A DNA stretch of 25,727 bases from a virus (Duplodnaviria; Caudoviricetes). Every line of letters begins with the position of its first letter. Positions within the stretch are counted from its first letter, which is position 1. A program made the translations under genes and the position numbers. This document shows, piece after piece, positions 17,901 to 25,282 of this stretch. A model generated the notes under the pieces. The model was not told the DNA's origin and did no database searches. It was given only the letters and a program-made list of their open reading frames with translations. The DNA lies in IMG/VR virus record IMGVR_UViG_3300025286_000125, positions 1 through 25,727 of that record. One strand, 5' to 3'.

Positions 17901-20721
17901 CATAGGAAGACACAATTTTCACAATCCTGCAGTTGGAAGAGTTAGTAAATCAGAATTTGTTATTATACCAAATGAGAAAAAAGGTTTTACTGCTATGGTA
18001 GAGGGAATGGAGCTACAAAAAGATGGAACTTTTGTAGATATAGTTAAAGGTAGATTGGATGCTTTGAGTCCTGAACAGCAGAGAATCAATAGAAGAATAT
18101 ATCGTACTATAGAATCTGACGTTAAAGAGCTAAGAACATTTTGGGAGAATGAGGGTGCTTCTAATGAGAAGATGCTTAATAAATTAGCCCTAACTGATAA
18201 TATGTGGATGGGAATATTAAATACAAGGCAGCCCAGAAATGCTTATGATGTTGTCATAAATAAAGTTCACAGAGAGAATCTAGGTTCAGAGGAAGTTCCT
18301 AACTGGAAGCATTATGATGCAAGGGAAGGTAACAGTACAAAACAAAATGTTGTTGATGTTTTAAGGCAGGATGCTGACCATGATTTTGACAAATCAAATG
18401 TATATACAACAGCTCCGCATGATTTTATTAAAGAAGTTGCTACTATGGCTGGATCTAAAGTAGTAAATGATCCGTTAGAATATTCAAACTTGATTATTAA
18501 AAAACTTCAGGTTGATATGGGAGACCAGGCTGGTATGAGAGCATGGTTTGAAGATGTTAATAATACTTCTGCATTGCGTGGTAGATTTATGAAACTTCAC
18601 CAGATATCTACTTATCTCAGTAATGCTCTTGGTGAAGGAGGAACTTTAGGAACGCTAACTATAAATAATAAGCAAGTCCGCATTAAAATGAAGAGTAGAA
18701 AAGACTATGTTAATGTGGTGGGTGATATATCCAGAACAGTGAAGTATTTTTTAGATAACTATAAAGATATTGTAGATGTACGAACAGAAGCTGGGTTTGC
18801 TCCTGGAGTAGATAAGTTTGTTAGAGATATTTTATTTGGTGCAGAAAATGTAGTAAATGGACAAGTCATGAGTAGATTTGAGGGATTGTTTAAGTTTGTA
18901 GGAGAAGGTAATAACCCAGACATTAATCAAGCTCGTTTAAATGCTGGTGTTGGTGGAGAATTATTATCAGAAACATTATACAATCAGATTGTCAGTCCTC
19001 TTAATAGGTATTTATCTTATAATAGAGGAGAGCTTACTCAGGCAGATATTAAAAGTAAGATAACATTAAAAGATGTTCATCGTGGATGGTCTGATATTAG
19101 AGATACATTCTTTATAAAAAAGGGAAGGAAAGATAGAGTTCTTGACTTAGATGCTATAAAACTAGATTTAACAGAAGGTAAGAATCTACTTTATGATTTT
19201 TTAACAGTTGAAAGTAATAATCCATTTGATATAGCAATGGCTTCTTTGTCAAGTGCTTATGATACTGGATTAAAAGTAAAGAGACATGCTGGACATCTGC
19301 AGACTAATATAGAAAATTTGATATTTGAAGGAGAAAGTAAAACTTTGTTGAAAGGAGTGGATGGTCTTAGGAGCACTAGCAGGCAAATTTTTAGAATGGT
19401 TAAAGATGAGGGGTCACTAGCTAAACTTGTTATAATTTCTGATAGATTGGAAAGCTTGGGAGGTGAGCTTGCAAGATTACAAGCAAATCAATACTCTAAT
19501 CAGTATGATGTAGATAAAATTGCCAAGAGAGTTGACTACTATGCTGGCCTTAAGACAGAACTTGAACTTTTGGTTGGCTCAAAGATAGCAGTAGAAAGAC
19601 TTGAGAATGTGTTCAGGTATTCAAAAGGTAGAAAAGAAGGTATGCAAACTGCTTTTGGTGAAGATTGGGTAGTGTGGGATAGTCAAGGTAAAAATATAAA
19701 ACAAGTAATTAGAGAAGGTGAGACAAATAAGCGAGACATATCTCCAAGCGATCTTGTAGTAAGAGGTGGAAAAAGTTTTGAGTTTCATCCACCTAAAAGA
19801 CAGGACAGGTTAAGAGAAAAGTGGATTGCTTATGGAAAGCCGCAACTTGAAATGGCTACAGAAGATGGCAGGATGGTAGCTATGGATAAACTTCAATATG
19901 ATGGGTCTGTTATTCCTGCTTATATAGATTTCTCCTCTGAGTATAGAAAAATTGGAAGAGAATGGGCAGTTCACAGGGATGGAGAATTACTAGCTATTCA
20001 GCGAAAAGCTTTATTAAATATGTTTATGAATGATATTGGTAATAGTTATGGATTGTCTGATCCTTTAAAGAGAAGAGCATTTTTATTTAAGCTGATGACA
20101 CCAGAAATGGATAATAGTACATATGTAGTTAAGGAAAGTAATGGAAAATATGCGTATGACTATAAGTTTACTGAAAATGAAAAAATATCTAAGACTGTCT
20201 ACAGTTATCTTACTGATGTAGTAGAGGGACAATCTTTTTCTAGGGATAATTCTATGACCAGGATAGAAGCAAATAATATGATACAGGAATTATCTAGAAA
20301 GGGTGCTCTTGCATTTTATGGATTAACGGATCCTTATTCTACTGTTAATATTCCTTTTACAAGAACTTCATCTTACCTTGATAAGGTCAGCAAAAGATTG
20401 GTTGATATTGATAAGAATATATTGAGGCCTACTAATGTAGTTAAGGGACAAGAACATGAATTTAATAGTGCTATCTCTATGATAAATCAGTTTATAAATG
20501 GAGATAGACTTATTACTCCATTTGATATGGCAAGAATATCAAGAAAGATAGTTGGCACTAGGGGTGGTGTTGATATGTTTAGAGTTGGGGAAAGTGGGAA
20601 TTCTAATCCTGTGTTAGTTAGGAAAGCAGGTGTAAGAGGGTCTGAGCCTAAGCAAACAATTGATCAGTTGTTTAATGATCTGGCTAAAAGAAGGAGAAAC
20701 TGTGAGGGAGGAAGACCTTAA
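11902..20721 (+). CDS. Giant virion protein (2939 aa) containing a putative two-barrel (double-psi beta-barrel) DNA-dependent RNA polymerase
   Basis: Ordered motifs: DSPTF (D1668), MKPKG (K1709), YDKSAF (K1729), FRSGNK (K1757), LNTRQP (R2109), ADHDFDK (D2159/D2161/D2163), then FLDNYK. Lies among ejection genes and has only one Cys. Confidence 0.8.
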   Translation: MSNGLYTSPVEEDENKRYLEQLRQLELGKGMDPIYDEDDSSWLTDFTGNLLWGGTSAATWGAFDVAALTELGKGGRSALSLGTYRPWEEQTGAGKAGFILGQGVGMFATFSWTGKALGLLSSAFTKKFPTGRVATHIAKKAGTEAVEKFGEKKGIESLAKYGDKLLKGEVGDLAMEGLERGTLEAMREATKIVRSPGYKRLWKFNQEAYTHAVDDMSRKLLSEMPDMGAESALKLSDNLISSAMKYSTHQFHNYMDAVVGLGAQAAAKRPGSIARGSQWTLTGKTGRTLSAMSTDAVLGFTHHLAQAAIENVTHKTGEILGGEFDAKELKHLENLNSGLMDVLIHSGQSGLWMSLIAPTRFIKGGRTTKLHKEAMAGLNTLRKAWKPADRMAGHQARTTLQFIDDVSEGSLKKTILSKELAGREIENLTRDEAVSMLKNVRKGFSREWLSYMGKEIKEDLTGSAGRMIAGALAMNLPAIKQYYDETGKFDPVGALGADPSEIVSNMIVGMLFAKSGRTFGEGGTSRKQSRLFETGEMKQYYTANVKKIQSIRAGLEVMGYKSSGEGLNINNAATELFGRYLVNTGDYKIVDDILRDKFVIAEDSPVIEGAKPLNEAYESVVNVVADPVAKGKLDIAMKVIAHYDNNSTDIGNVMKHVTPDEAVDIVKRINEIPGIRENQAFPEIWLRKVELQAGWTANEKFYDLQLGSAIGFYESIGVTNYSYDPSTSILRVPEVNLQRLLGSRPSETLNDFKVTHEKFLEEGQKNGKVIIEGRLAREKPALGDQQLKALETSYEGYVALMNESSYGRDSMMFDKGIMHDNNMWIAYNVTNADIDINNTLRMFTDVKRDRIFTNLAKEDVEFLQRQIDSMQLNRSRVPELSDKDVIQTKADQQRFDDLTKFYARVQNVYNVLTGNKNLNVSTDKAITMDAIAGAKDNMTNKLGDVFMNDAVYERLLNQSVNHMVNTLDIQSLGRNQQLKHSLLVMMNGGVGTSGTSVGDLNKYGGLVVRRENQIQIPDTNTLFRILKSSPELQKENLDSLREYYSDFQEGISAASGPINITKDATAITELITSVGGASNARGILNIARIFSQVGHIKDLHNGYESLTDYMNKIKNDSDLYVENYTAMSDFDASISGSLRELVHQMGTLRSNIKHLIDTRDYQALIDIKLEENSSLMQSLERFKNRDLIDVIDKDTGDIVSTKYKQELVDVIARTKELLGNNVLNEENISSYVNEQIAKSEYDIYTREHTLRMNTTPQRFESDYGVPTAQQEIIIDNALGGKNVRSAQVTNEKILNSVRELYREAVQRQLEIFQDTGRVTERLTDEQLYNDAWQLTSAKAFSGKVKRVKYIGGYDGGILVSSEVGYPVQSQRDGRGVTGLKNILFEGGEGWYVLQPDMKFLMEGQAVAKDLVILDKNVMSAIDSQIENGIGIDSKTVRNEYHKQTLEKSLVEEITATKVPMIRVILNDRTQLAVSKDLAQRSISRAYSEGGALSMLVRTIYGDGNQRAADTFLERFRTPNMSVDVLKEGINEAWNILNQPSLLIPGERSRLDREIELDYMKRRKLADISKGKILNSRYREALTEFYEFVSQETNSPLARALADSYAEMRGEDGRNIPMRSLSINDSGDQLSVISRFRRRLEMYDEDMMAGIDRNQVETFIEGMSKEATDSPTFLTKGSFLRFLGTFAPSRDLIQFNELNEVIGFNVGAMKPKGVDVFVGEDGSVRVSYDKSAFFYSPKIGETLEAAGLDEVKFRSGNKINVSRTGTGELTENYVDPVTRRAEVEARSIEEIVEWTIEASQDRVQEIPWASYDLTQASVPHSGTVGANTGVHYSNRSGLNDWTQIARRTNEFNELLSRVQDSPEALTNIGRSLSESSRAEGDLNPTRTALDSFLDSQGLVVSDWMGDLIVDNLFNRYFQGSKIASREVRGSSYSPMAPFLADQNVDLPLIYTDTDNIGRQRIYGGFGINSEIAEMPFKALGRSTLTETTPNGDHNKLVTGFFIGRHNFHNPAVGRVSKSEFVIIPNEKKGFTAMVEGMELQKDGTFVDIVKGRLDALSPEQQRINRRIYRTIESDVKELRTFWENEGASNEKMLNKLALTDNMWMGILNTRQPRNAYDVVINKVHRENLGSEEVPNWKHYDAREGNSTKQNVVDVLRQDADHDFDKSNVYTTAPHDFIKEVATMAGSKVVNDPLEYSNLIIKKLQVDMGDQAGMRAWFEDVNNTSALRGRFMKLHQISTYLSNALGEGGTLGTLTINNKQVRIKMKSRKDYVNVVGDISRTVKYFLDNYKDIVDVRTEAGFAPGVDKFVRDILFGAENVVNGQVMSRFEGLFKFVGEGNNPDINQARLNAGVGGELLSETLYNQIVSPLNRYLSYNRGELTQADIKSKITLKDVHRGWSDIRDTFFIKKGRKDRVLDLDAIKLDLTEGKNLLYDFLTVESNNPFDIAMASLSSAYDTGLKVKRHAGHLQTNIENLIFEGESKTLLKGVDGLRSTSRQIFRMVKDEGSLAKLVIISDRLESLGGELARLQANQYSNQYDVDKIAKRVDYYAGLKTELELLVGSKIAVERLENVFRYSKGRKEGMQTAFGEDWVVWDSQGKNIKQVIREGETNKRDISPSDLVVRGGKSFEFHPPKRQDRLREKWIAYGKPQLEMATEDGRMVAMDKLQYDGSVIPAYIDFSSEYRKIGREWAVHRDGELLAIQRKALLNMFMNDIGNSYGLSDPLKRRAFLFKLMTPEMDNSTYVVKESNGKYAYDYKFTENEKISKTVYSYLTDVVEGQSFSRDNSMTRIEANNMIQELSRKGALAFYGLTDPYSTVNIPFTRTSSYLDKVSKRLVDIDKNILRPTNVVKGQEHEFNSAISMINQFINGDRLITPFDMARISRKIVGTRGGVDMFRVGESGNSNPVLVRKAGVRGSEPKQTIDQLFNDLAKRRRNCEGGRP

Positions 20722-20825
20722 TATGAAAAATAACGAAAAAGTTATCTCATATATATCAATTTTTCAAACTTGTTTTAAAAAGTCGCCCTACCCTACACAT
20801 CAAAATTTGAAACTTTGGAGTTGTA

Positions 20826-23660
20826 ATGGCAATATTAGGTAATTGGGTATTCTGTAATAATCCTAAGAAACTTCATCCTGATCTTAGCGATAAAGAGCTA
20901 GAAGCGGTGGATAACAAATTACGAGAAGTTGTCATAAAGTCATGGAAAGAAAATCAAACAATGAAGAAGTTTGGCTGGCATAATGATGCAGAAGAGTTTA
21001 AAAGTAGATGGCAGCAGGCAACTGGAAAAAATATTGAATTACATCAAGCTACGATGAGTGACGTTAAGGTCTTTGAATCATATATGAAAGGATGGACAAA
21101 ATCTATAGAAAATGGGTACGAAACATCATGGCATGCATGGAAACTCTTGCCACAAAAATTAAAGATGCTTCCAGGTGGAGAGACCACTTACAGAGATTTA
21201 ATAGATATAGTTTCATATGAAAGAAGACATAAGATAAATGCTCAATTACAACTTAAGGATATAGAAGTTGCTTTAAAGAAATTAGCAGGTAAAAAATATT
21301 TTGATGTAGATACAGAAAAAGTGGCAAAACTGGAATCATTAATAATGTCTACTACTGATGTTAGGGATGTAGAAACAATTTATAATGAGTTAATGAAAGA
21401 ATTAGGCTCTAAGGGTGGCGTAAGGGCAAGAAAAGCTGCTGGAGACCTGTTTTATGGCTTACAAGATGTATTAGAGGGAGCTGACCCACAGAGTTTAAGG
21501 AAATCTTCTCCTAGTGGTAAATCTGTTCCATGGAGTTATTCTGAAAAGAAATTGGCAACCGAAATTCAAAATGCTTGGATTTCGACAAGAAAAGATTTAG
21601 CAATAGTGGCAATAAATGCTTTAAGGATAGAGAAGGATTTTGCTAAAAGGTTAGATGTAAGAGAAAATCATGCAAGAGGACTTGAAAAACATCTTGATAC
21701 TATAGAAAGTAAAATAAAGGAACTTGAATTAACAGTACAATCTAAAGATCCAAATAGAGATAAAAGATATGATTTAAATGATAATCAGGTTAAAAAATTA
21801 GGCGAATCTGGTAGTCTTCGTAAAGAATATATGCCTCATCAGATTTTGACTATGATCAAACATCTTGACGCTTTTCATAATTGGATGGAAGCTGATGTAC
21901 CTGATATGAATATAACTGCATCTGAAAAGTTTAAAAATTTAGTATTAAGTAGTGATAGATCTTTTATTGAGAGGTTGAAATCCAGAGGAGAAACAGGGGA
22001 AGAGTATTATTCAAGAAATCCTTTGTTCTTCATATCTCAATATATACAGGATATAACAAGGTATAACTATAAACGATCAGTAGAAACTGTATTAGCAGAT
22101 TCTTTTGATAAGTTAATAAAAAGTAAAAAGTTTGCTGAAGGTAAGGGTACGGTTGAAAGAGAACAGGTAATAAAATTTGTTGATGAAGCTTTAGGCACAC
22201 TAAATAATATTGCAGAAGAAGCTTTAATTACTGATAGTCGAGGAAATAGCAGATCTAAAAGATTGTCAAATTTTGCTACTACATTGGGCTTCATAAGAAC
22301 TATGGGTTACAATGTAAGAAGTCCATTAAGAAACTATACTCAGAAGTATTTTGAGCATATGGATATGGGATATAGAGCACCGAGAGAAGCTAGATCATAT
22401 GTACAAGGTAATAAAGAAATTGAAACTGCTATGACTGATGCTATTGAAAGGCATGGTCTCTTTTGGAAAACTGATGATAGCTTTATAAAGTCACTTACAA
22501 CTACTTATCATACTGCTGCTGCAACTAGAGGTACAAAAGAAAGTAGTATTCTGCCTCCTGGTATGGCTGAAATTAATGGTAAGGTAATGATTGTTAATGA
22601 AACATTGTTTGATAAGACATTAAGAGCAATAGACAAAATAGCAGATGTTGGTTCTTTTATGCATAGAAAAGTAGAAGATGTAATAAGAGCTCATTCTTTT
22701 ACTACTGCTTATGGACTTGCTCATAAAAATTTATCTGAATTGCCAGTTTGGTTTATAAATCAAGAAATGGGAAAAAAGTCTACTACTGAAGCAACACGAA
22801 AAGATTGGATAAATAAAGCTGCTGGTTCATCGGCTTATGGTAAAGTTATTGATATACATTATGAATATTCCATGATACAAAAGCCGAAACTTATTAAAGG
22901 GCCAGTAGGATCAGTAATAGGACAATTTAAACAGTACAGGTTTTCTAATATAGATATGCAATGGAACTGGATAAAAGCAGGAATGAGAAGAGTTAAATCT
23001 GGTGGACTTGCTGAGTATGATGCAGTAAGACTGTATAGATTAGGTGTGACTTATTCTCTTATATCTGGACTTACTGCAGCTGTAGGTATTGGTTTTTCAA
23101 ATTTATTTCAAAATGATACTTATGAATGGATTAAGAGTTATTTTACTTACTGGACTGCTGATAGAACTACTGAAGAGGGCAGAAAAAAGGCAGAAAGAGC
23201 TCTATATGAAAAAGGAGAGCTTGGAGAGCTTGGGCCTACTTTTGGTGCTCTTATTGAAGTATTAGATATATTTAAACTTATGAGGATTGATCATTCCCAT
23301 AGACTTGCTATTCTTGGAATAACAAATGATATCTCCCCAGTAGAAAGTATTGATGATATGGATAGAAATTACAGATTAGCTAGACTCGTTAATTTGCAGG
23401 CAGCTAGATCTTGGTATCATACAAGAGAATCTTTACTGAATAAAAATTATACTAAAGCTTTTCTTACTGAAACTGGACTATTTGCTAATGCAGATGAACA
23501 GGAATCTTCAGATACATTTATGGGGTGGATAAGAAGGCTTACCAGAACAAAAACTTATGAGCCACCATCTGTAAAAAGAGAAAGAGAACGTACTTTAAGA
23601 GAACTTTCTCCTGCTTATGCAGCAGCTGTAAAAAGTATAGATACTTATTTAGTTAGCTAA
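20826..23660 (+). CDS. Large internal virion (ejection) protein, 944 aa
   Basis: SD GGAG. YMPH, MGYNVRSPLRNYTQ, IGQFKQY and hydrophobic LGVTYSLISGLTAAVGIGF resemble the C-terminal helical module of large phage ejection proteins. Confidence 0.7.
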   Translation: MAILGNWVFCNNPKKLHPDLSDKELEAVDNKLREVVIKSWKENQTMKKFGWHNDAEEFKSRWQQATGKNIELHQATMSDVKVFESYMKGWTKSIENGYETSWHAWKLLPQKLKMLPGGETTYRDLIDIVSYERRHKINAQLQLKDIEVALKKLAGKKYFDVDTEKVAKLESLIMSTTDVRDVETIYNELMKELGSKGGVRARKAAGDLFYGLQDVLEGADPQSLRKSSPSGKSVPWSYSEKKLATEIQNAWISTRKDLAIVAINALRIEKDFAKRLDVRENHARGLEKHLDTIESKIKELELTVQSKDPNRDKRYDLNDNQVKKLGESGSLRKEYMPHQILTMIKHLDAFHNWMEADVPDMNITASEKFKNLVLSSDRSFIERLKSRGETGEEYYSRNPLFFISQYIQDITRYNYKRSVETVLADSFDKLIKSKKFAEGKGTVEREQVIKFVDEALGTLNNIAEEALITDSRGNSRSKRLSNFATTLGFIRTMGYNVRSPLRNYTQKYFEHMDMGYRAPREARSYVQGNKEIETAMTDAIERHGLFWKTDDSFIKSLTTTYHTAAATRGTKESSILPPGMAEINGKVMIVNETLFDKTLRAIDKIADVGSFMHRKVEDVIRAHSFTTAYGLAHKNLSELPVWFINQEMGKKSTTEATRKDWINKAAGSSAYGKVIDIHYEYSMIQKPKLIKGPVGSVIGQFKQYRFSNIDMQWNWIKAGMRRVKSGGLAEYDAVRLYRLGVTYSLISGLTAAVGIGFSNLFQNDTYEWIKSYFTYWTADRTTEEGRKKAERALYEKGELGELGPTFGALIEVLDIFKLMRIDHSHRLAILGITNDISPVESIDDMDRNYRLARLVNLQAARSWYHTRESLLNKNYTKAFLTETGLFANADEQESSDTFMGWIRRLTRTKTYEPPSVKRERERTLRELSPAYAAAVKSIDTYLVS

Positions 23661-23690
23661 AGGGGGAAAGATCTCTCTCTCCCCCCTTCT
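23660..23690. terminator. Probable bidirectional terminator hairpin between convergent units
   Basis: aagggggaaaga-tctc-tctctcccccctt imperfect stem directly after the + strand stop and just before the - strand stop at 23698; U-tracts are short. Confidence 0.65.
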
Positions 23691-23697
23691 CATGAGG

Positions 23698-23886
23698 TTA
23701 ATTAACAAACTTGTTTATATCCTTATTTAAGACAATATTTAAGTTACTAGCATGTTGAAGTACTTCTAATGAAGTTCTGGAATTATTTATATTCTTTGTT
23801 GTATTACTTAAATATGAGTTAAATAGTTTTTTAACTTCTTTAACTTTTAATTTATTGATTGCTTTCAGTACTTTTATATTATTCAT
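23698..23886 (-). CDS. Hypothetical basic protein (62 aa)
   Basis: Fills the gap after the resolvase; AAGGT upstream; very AT-rich. Confidence 0.6.
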   Translation of the reverse strand: MNNIKVLKAINKLKVKEVKKLFNSYLSNTTKNINNSRTSLEVLQHASNLNIVLNKDINKFVN

Positions 23887-23889
23887 TTT

Positions 23890-24216
23890 TTACCTTTCTT
23901 CGGGCATTGTGGATACAAACTTATCATCCAGCCAATCGTCAAATCGCATAATAATAAGTGTTTCTCCTCTATCTTGTTTACATACAACAGCATCTACATG
24001 CTCACTTGGAAGTAGGAATGCTGCTAACTTCTTTCTGCATTTGGCTTGTATTTTTATTTCAGGTTCTCTACCAATCGTGAGATCTACTTCTTCATGAAAA
24101 CCTAATGATTGACCATTAGATCCCCATGCACGTACAGCAGTAAAACCTGCTTTCTTAGCTTCGTTTACTATCTCTCTTTCAAATCTATTGCCTTTAGCTT
24201 TACTTGGTGAAGGCAT
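23890..24216 (-). CDS. Holliday junction resolvase, Hjc-like PD-(D/E)xK nuclease
   Basis: SKAKGNRFEREIV...GF.A.R.WGS.G...VDL...IQAK; SD AAGGAG. Confidence 0.85.
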   Translation of the reverse strand: MPSPSKAKGNRFEREIVNEAKKAGFTAVRAWGSNGQSLGFHEEVDLTIGREPEIKIQAKCRKKLAAFLLPSEHVDAVVCKQDRGETLIIMRFDDWLDDKFVSTMPEER

Positions 24217-24383
24217 TATGCTTCTCCTTTCTTGGAAAATACAATTTTAACAGTGTTTAGATTATTCATCACCACTTGGACAACTGCATCATAATCTTCA
24301 GGAATCATATCATTAGCTTTGAAGAATGATAATGGTATAGTTAGTCTACCTCTTTTGTCTAGATTACATTTAGCTATGTTCAT
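24216..24383 (-). CDS. AbrB/MazE/SpoVT/MraZ-like DNA-binding protein (55 aa), absent from the ORF track
   Basis: Hand translation MNIAKCNLDKRGRLTIPLSFFKANDMIPEDYDAVVQVVMNNLNTVKIVFSKKGEA; LDxxGRLxIP motif; SD AGGAGG; TAATG coupling to the resolvase. Confidence 0.8.
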   Translation of the reverse strand: MNIAKCNLDKRGRLTIPLSFFKANDMIPEDYDAVVQVVMNNLNTVKIVFSKKGEA

Positions 24384-24555
24384 TTTTCCCTCCTATATCC
24401 GTTTTTAAAACTTCAACAACTTCTTTACTTCTAAATCCATCATCACCTATTACAATATCTACTGCTTCTCTTATATCGTCTATATAATATAATCCATGTT
24501 CAGCAAAGTATTTTTTTGTGGATGGATTTTCTTTCAACCATTTGATTTTACTCAT
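24370..24555 (-). CDS. Hypothetical protein (61 aa)
   Basis: SD AAGGA upstream; overlaps the next gene. Confidence 0.75.
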   Translation of the reverse strand: MSKIKWLKENPSTKKYFAEHGLYYIDDIREAVDIVIGDDGFRSKEVVEVLKTDIGGKNEHS

Positions 24556-24574
24556 TTTTTATCCTTATAGAAAA

Positions 24575-24671
24575 ATTAGGGGAGAAGCCAACAATTCACA
24601 TGGTAACCTTTTTCTATTGATATTCCACACACCAATTGGTTAAAAGATTGTAGTAAATATTCTCCCCTAAT
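24575..24671 (-). repeat. Perfect 12-bp inverted repeat enclosing 73 nt (structured intergenic element)
   Basis: ATTAGGGGAGAA at 24575-24586 and TTCTCCCCTAAT at 24660-24671; followed by a T-run on the - strand. Confidence 0.8.
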
Positions 24672-24672
24672 G

Positions 24673-24936
24673 TTATTTGTTCTCAAAATCCCTGAAATAC
24701 TTTATGGTTTCACCATATCCAACTGTTTTAGGGCTGACAGTATCGCCTGTTGGCTTTATACTCTTCATTACTATCCTATTCAAGATAGATTCAGCTCTAT
24801 ACAATCTATGTTCCAGGTCAGATATTTTGTCCATGTAATGCTTTTCTGGCATTTCTGAATCAAAAACTCTTCCCATTTCCTCACTCACTTTCTTATCTAT
24901 TGGTTTGACAATTGATGCTAATTCTTTAAACAACAT
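24673..24936 (-). CDS. Hypothetical protein (87 aa)
   Basis: GAGGT upstream; tightly packed - strand unit. Confidence 0.7.
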   Translation of the reverse strand: MLFKELASIVKPIDKKVSEEMGRVFDSEMPEKHYMDKISDLEHRLYRAESILNRIVMKSIKPTGDTVSPKTVGYGETIKYFRDFENK

Positions 24937-24938
24937 AT

Positions 24939-25091
24939 TTACCTCGGCATTCCTATTCGATTCTCTATCCTCTTAATTCTGATTGACAGGTTTAACATAT
25001 TTTGTTCAATCAAATCTAACTTACTAATCATCTTAAGTAAATCTTTCTTGACTTCCTTAAGTCCTGTTGTTGGTTTTATTTTAGTTGGCAT
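24939..25091 (-). CDS. Hypothetical coiled-coil microprotein (50 aa), absent from the ORF track
   Basis: Hand translation MPTKIKPTTGLKEVKKDLLKMISKLDLIEQNMLNLSIRIKRIENRIGMPR; AGGAGG upstream; fills the gap. Confidence 0.7.
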   Translation of the reverse strand: MPTKIKPTTGLKEVKKDLLKMISKLDLIEQNMLNLSIRIKRIENRIGMPR

Positions 25092-25282
25092 TTCTTCTTT
25101 TCCTCCTGTTTACGTAAGAATTTTCTTAGCCTTTCAGCTTTATCTTTATCTGTAGTTCCTCTTAATTCTTGTAATCTTTCATAAGCTGAACCACCTTTTT
25201 TTATTATTCCAGACCTTAATATATTTTCATAAAATTCAACCTTAGAACCATTTTTATCTAAACCATTACGTAATTCTTTCAT
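25076..25282 (-). CDS. Hypothetical basic protein (68 aa)
   Basis: ATGA overlap with the upstream gene. Confidence 0.7.
   Translation of the reverse strand: MKELRNGLDKNGSKVEFYENILRSGIIKKGGSAYERLQELRGTTDKDKAERLRKFLRKQEEKKKCQLK

Noticed and set aside
24575-24671. tRNA gene or miniature transposon
   Set aside because: No recognisable T-loop or cloverleaf and no clear target-site duplication; kept only as a structured element.
1739-24858. Short antisense or nested ORFs in the track (e.g. 1739-1960, 4977-5237, 8559-8804, 12150-12392, 22067-22294, 23855-24097, 24670-24858)
   Set aside because: Shadows of well-supported genes, with no recognisable motifs.
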